From Kofleriaceae bacterium (GTDB lineage: Bacteria > Myxococcota_A > Polyangia > Haliangiales > Haliangiaceae), in the NCBI GenBank assembly GCA_965215005.1, contig CBDCCZ010000004.1, positions 256,001 through 320,000 of the forward strand: DNA of 64,000 bases, in the 5' to 3' direction. Numbering within the stretch: position 1 is the first letter of the stretch; each line of letters starts with the position of its first letter. Positions 61,414 through 64,000 of this stretch are shown in pieces. The notes beneath the pieces are model-generated. The model did not search any database. It saw only the letters and a list, made by a program, of their open reading frames with translations, and had not been told where the DNA came from. The translations under genes were made by a program, and so were the position numbers.

Positions 61414-63708
61414 GTGAGCCATCCCCTGCACCAGTACATCGCTGGCCAACTCGACGACATGCTGAAGAAGCGCGGCATCGTCGTCTTCTACGATCCGCGG
61501 CGCGAGTTCGAGCCGTTCTTCGACCGCGAGTTGAAGGAGACCGGCACTGGCTACGAGGGCCTCCCGCGCGTCTTCGTGAATGACCGTCTGACCTTCGTCG
61601 CGCGGCACGAGGGCTCGTTCTTCGCCCTGCGCCACGCAGTCGAGCCCATCGCGGACCTCGACAAGCCCGACCCGCTCATCGCCTACCTCCCCGGCGTCGA
61701 GCGAGACCGGCAAGCGTCGGTTCTGATGGAGCTGGAGAAGAGCGGCCGTACCTACGAGCCAGCGCTGCGGGACCTCGCTCGGAAGATGCTGCTCAAGCTC
61801 GGCTATTCGGACGTGCATATTGATCAACTTAAGCTTGCGAAGGCTGGCTACGACGACATCGTTTCGTTCCTGCACCAGGGCGAGGAAGGCACCTCGGCCT
61901 CGGTGCTTCGGACCATCTTCGATGGCGCGCAGAGCGAGGCCCTCATCACCCGGTGGCTCGCTGACGAGGACAAGGACGAGACCATTGTCGAGAAGGACGC
62001 CACGGTCGAGCTCTTCAAGCTCATCGAGTCGCGCCTCGGTCTACCGGTGCCGGAGAACACCTCCGTCACCGAGACGCGAGACAAAGTCCTCCGCTACGTT
62101 CTCGTCGGCGAGTTTCGCTCCGACCTCGAATGCGATCCGCCGCAATCGGTCGGAATGGTGCCCGAGCCCCCGAGCAAGGAGCACGTCGAGCGACTCCGGG
62201 ATGTTGCGGAGAGCCTTCGACGTGGCCATGCAGACCGCTACGTGGCCCTCGCCAGCAAGGTCGAAGCCGACCTCGGACTCGGCAAAGCAAAGATCGACGC
62301 CGGTCACCTCGGCAACATCGACACCTTCCGTTTCGAGGAGCGGGCGCTCTTGGCCTACGCTGGCGAGCTCATCTGTGCTCGCGAGTACAAGAAAGCGCTC
62401 GGCATCGTCGCTGGTCGCAGCCGCAGCTTCTGGGTCGACCGCGACGTGGGCCGGCAGGCGCAGTGGGAAGCCTGTCGTCTGATGGCCGAGCTCGATCGCG
62501 AGATCGAAAAGGTCCGTCCCGCGTTGTCCAAGGGCAACGGCAATCCGGCCAAGTGGGTTCAGGCGTATTCGACCGAGGACGGCTGGTTTCGCGTCGACGA
62601 GCTTCAGCGTCGGCTCGAAACCTGGGTCGCCAAGATGGACGAGGAGCCCGAGACCGAGAAGGGTCTCGCTGTCGTCCGGCGCGAGCACGAAGAGCTCCTC
62701 AAGAAGATGGCCGACGGCTTCGCCAAGGTCCTTGGCGCGGCCGCTTGGACCGTTCCCGGAGCCCTGCATCAGACGCGGGTCTACCCGGAGGTGGTCCAGA
62801 CCATGGGTGGCCGGGTCCCCTACTTCTTCGTCGATGCCATGCGCTTCGAGATGGGTGTAGAGCTCGCCCGCCAGCTCGAGGGCACCAAGGACCTCACCAT
62901 GCGGCCCGCCATCGCGGCACTGCCGACGATCACGCCGGTCGGCATGGCAGCGCTGCTGCCCGGCGCGTCCGCGAGCTTCTCGGTCGTGGAGCGCAAGGGC
63001 AAGCTTGCCGCGAGCATCGAGGGTACGGAGATGTCCGGCTTCAGTGAGCGCCTCAAGTTCCTCAAGGCCAAGGTTCCGGATGTCACCGACATCGCCCTCG
63101 GCAAGCTGCTCGGCAGCTCGACTTCCAAGTTGAGCAAGTCGATCGGGGACGCCTCACTGGTGGTTGTGCGCTCCCAGGAGATCGATGCGCTGGGCGAGAA
63201 CGTCGACGAGCTCACCGCCCGTGCGGCCATGGAGGGCGTCATCGGCAACGTCGCCCGTGCGATTCGGAAGCTCGCGTCGGCCGGCATCGAGAACTTCGTG
63301 GTCACCGCCGACCACGGCCACCAGTTCTCGATTCGCAAAGACGACGACATGAAGACCGACAATCCGGGTGGCGACACGGTGGACATCCACCGCCGGTGCT
63401 GGATTGGGCACGGCGGCACCACGCCCCCTGGCACGGTCCGCGCTTCGGGGGCCGAGCTCGGCTACGACACCAACCTCGACTTCGTCTTCCCGACCGGGCT
63501 GGGGGTATTCAAAACCGGCGGCGGTTTGAGTTTTCATCACGGAAGCGTCAGCCTGCAGGAGCTTGTCATCCCGGTGCTATCGTTGCGCATTCCCCGAAGG
63601 CGCAGAAGGCGATCCACGGGCGCAGTCGCGGAGATTCGAGGGGTTCCATCCGTTCTCACGAACAGAACATTTGGCGTTCAGATCTTCTTCTCTGAACAAC
63701 GGGCGTAA
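61414..63708 (+). CDS. pglZ: BREX phosphatase-fold protein PglZ, C-terminally interrupted by IS66
   Basis: IVVFYDP, VDAMRFE, LPTITPVGMAALLP, TADHGH and HHGSVSLQELVIP. The TAA stop lies inside the IS end. Confidence 0.9.
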   Translation: MSHPLHQYIAGQLDDMLKKRGIVVFYDPRREFEPFFDRELKETGTGYEGLPRVFVNDRLTFVARHEGSFFALRHAVEPIADLDKPDPLIAYLPGVERDRQASVLMELEKSGRTYEPALRDLARKMLLKLGYSDVHIDQLKLAKAGYDDIVSFLHQGEEGTSASVLRTIFDGAQSEALITRWLADEDKDETIVEKDATVELFKLIESRLGLPVPENTSVTETRDKVLRYVLVGEFRSDLECDPPQSVGMVPEPPSKEHVERLRDVAESLRRGHADRYVALASKVEADLGLGKAKIDAGHLGNIDTFRFEERALLAYAGELICAREYKKALGIVAGRSRSFWVDRDVGRQAQWEACRLMAELDREIEKVRPALSKGNGNPAKWVQAYSTEDGWFRVDELQRRLETWVAKMDEEPETEKGLAVVRREHEELLKKMADGFAKVLGAAAWTVPGALHQTRVYPEVVQTMGGRVPYFFVDAMRFEMGVELARQLEGTKDLTMRPAIAALPTITPVGMAALLPGASASFSVVERKGKLAASIEGTEMSGFSERLKFLKAKVPDVTDIALGKLLGSSTSKLSKSIGDASLVVVRSQEIDALGENVDELTARAAMEGVIGNVARAIRKLASAGIENFVVTADHGHQFSIRKDDDMKTDNPGGDTVDIHRRCWIGHGGTTPPGTVRASGAELGYDTNLDFVFPTGLGVFKTGGGLSFHHGSVSLQELVIPVLSLRIPRRRRRRSTGAVAEIRGVPSVLTNRTFGVQIFFSEQRA

Positions 63709-64000
63709 GCGCCCGACAGCGCGCACCTGCCTAAGGCGGTGCGGCCGTGCGAAAAGGCGGGGGTGAAATGTAGTGAACCAGGAAGAGCCGCCGAGGACGG
63801 GCTCGCCGGCGCTTTGGCGTCAGGAGAGAGTATCGCCGGCGGGCTGCTCTGGGCACTCGCGGGCGGCGAGCCAGGCGCGTGGCAGGAGCTCAGGGGCGCG
63901 GCTCATCATCCAGCCGTTAGCGACTTTGTCGATGACATCGGCGAGGTAGTCGTAGGGGTTGACGCCGTCGATCTCGCACTGGAGAACGAGCGAGAGGAGG
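63705..64000 (-). mobile_element. IS66-family insertion sequence, right end (partial)
   Basis: Terminal sequence GTAAGCGCCCG... at 63705 (IS66 ends begin GTAA), followed by the TnpC C-terminus on the minus strand. Confidence 0.88.
63820..63999 (-). CDS. tnpC: IS66 transposase TnpC, C-terminal fragment
   Basis: Translated by hand: LLSLVLQCEIDGVNPYDYLADVIDKVANGWMMSRAPELLPRAW...stop. Confidence 0.88.
   Translation of the reverse strand, partial: LLSLVLQCEIDGVNPYDYLADVIDKVANGWMMSRAPELLPRAWLAARECPEQPAGDTLS

Noticed and set aside
63585..63625. Poly-Arg stretch near the PglZ C-terminus as a functional motif
   Set aside because: It could equally come from small compensating indels, since an alternative frame reads PKAQKA. 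Not supportable given the error pattern.

Overview
High-GC bacterial DNA, most likely Myxococcota (inferred from a stand-alone PilZ protein, PDAG-linker lipoproteins, a REC/J-like/TPR protein and a sigma54 promoter). Positions 1 to about 46.7 kb are mostly chromosomal backbone. This part holds a partial metH divergent from cystathionine beta-synthase, nhaA, a LysR gene divergent from an APCDD1-like lipoprotein, and a coupled recC-recB-recD-small Cys protein-esterase-FMO operon. It also holds DUF885, HNH and DUF1338 genes, several secreted proteins, a compact CheA-like kinase, and the run mpl::GNAT-suhB-M24 pseudopeptidase-mobA-dusB-(degenerate AAA+/Fis)-(H1-like/acidic/DUF1801). From about 46.8 kb to the end is a layered defence island. 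It contains a Uma2 remnant, an unknown gene, a truncated pglW, and a brxE-brxA-brxB-brxC-pglX-fic-pglZ BREX operon whose pglZ is cut by an IS66 element that runs off the window. Six apparent frameshifts (nhaA x3, lysR, mpl-GNAT tail, pglX) are each repaired by removing one base from a short homopolymer, which suggests sequencing error rather than pseudogenes. I recognised no rRNA, tRNA or CRISPR array. All family assignments are by eye from motifs; no database search was run.
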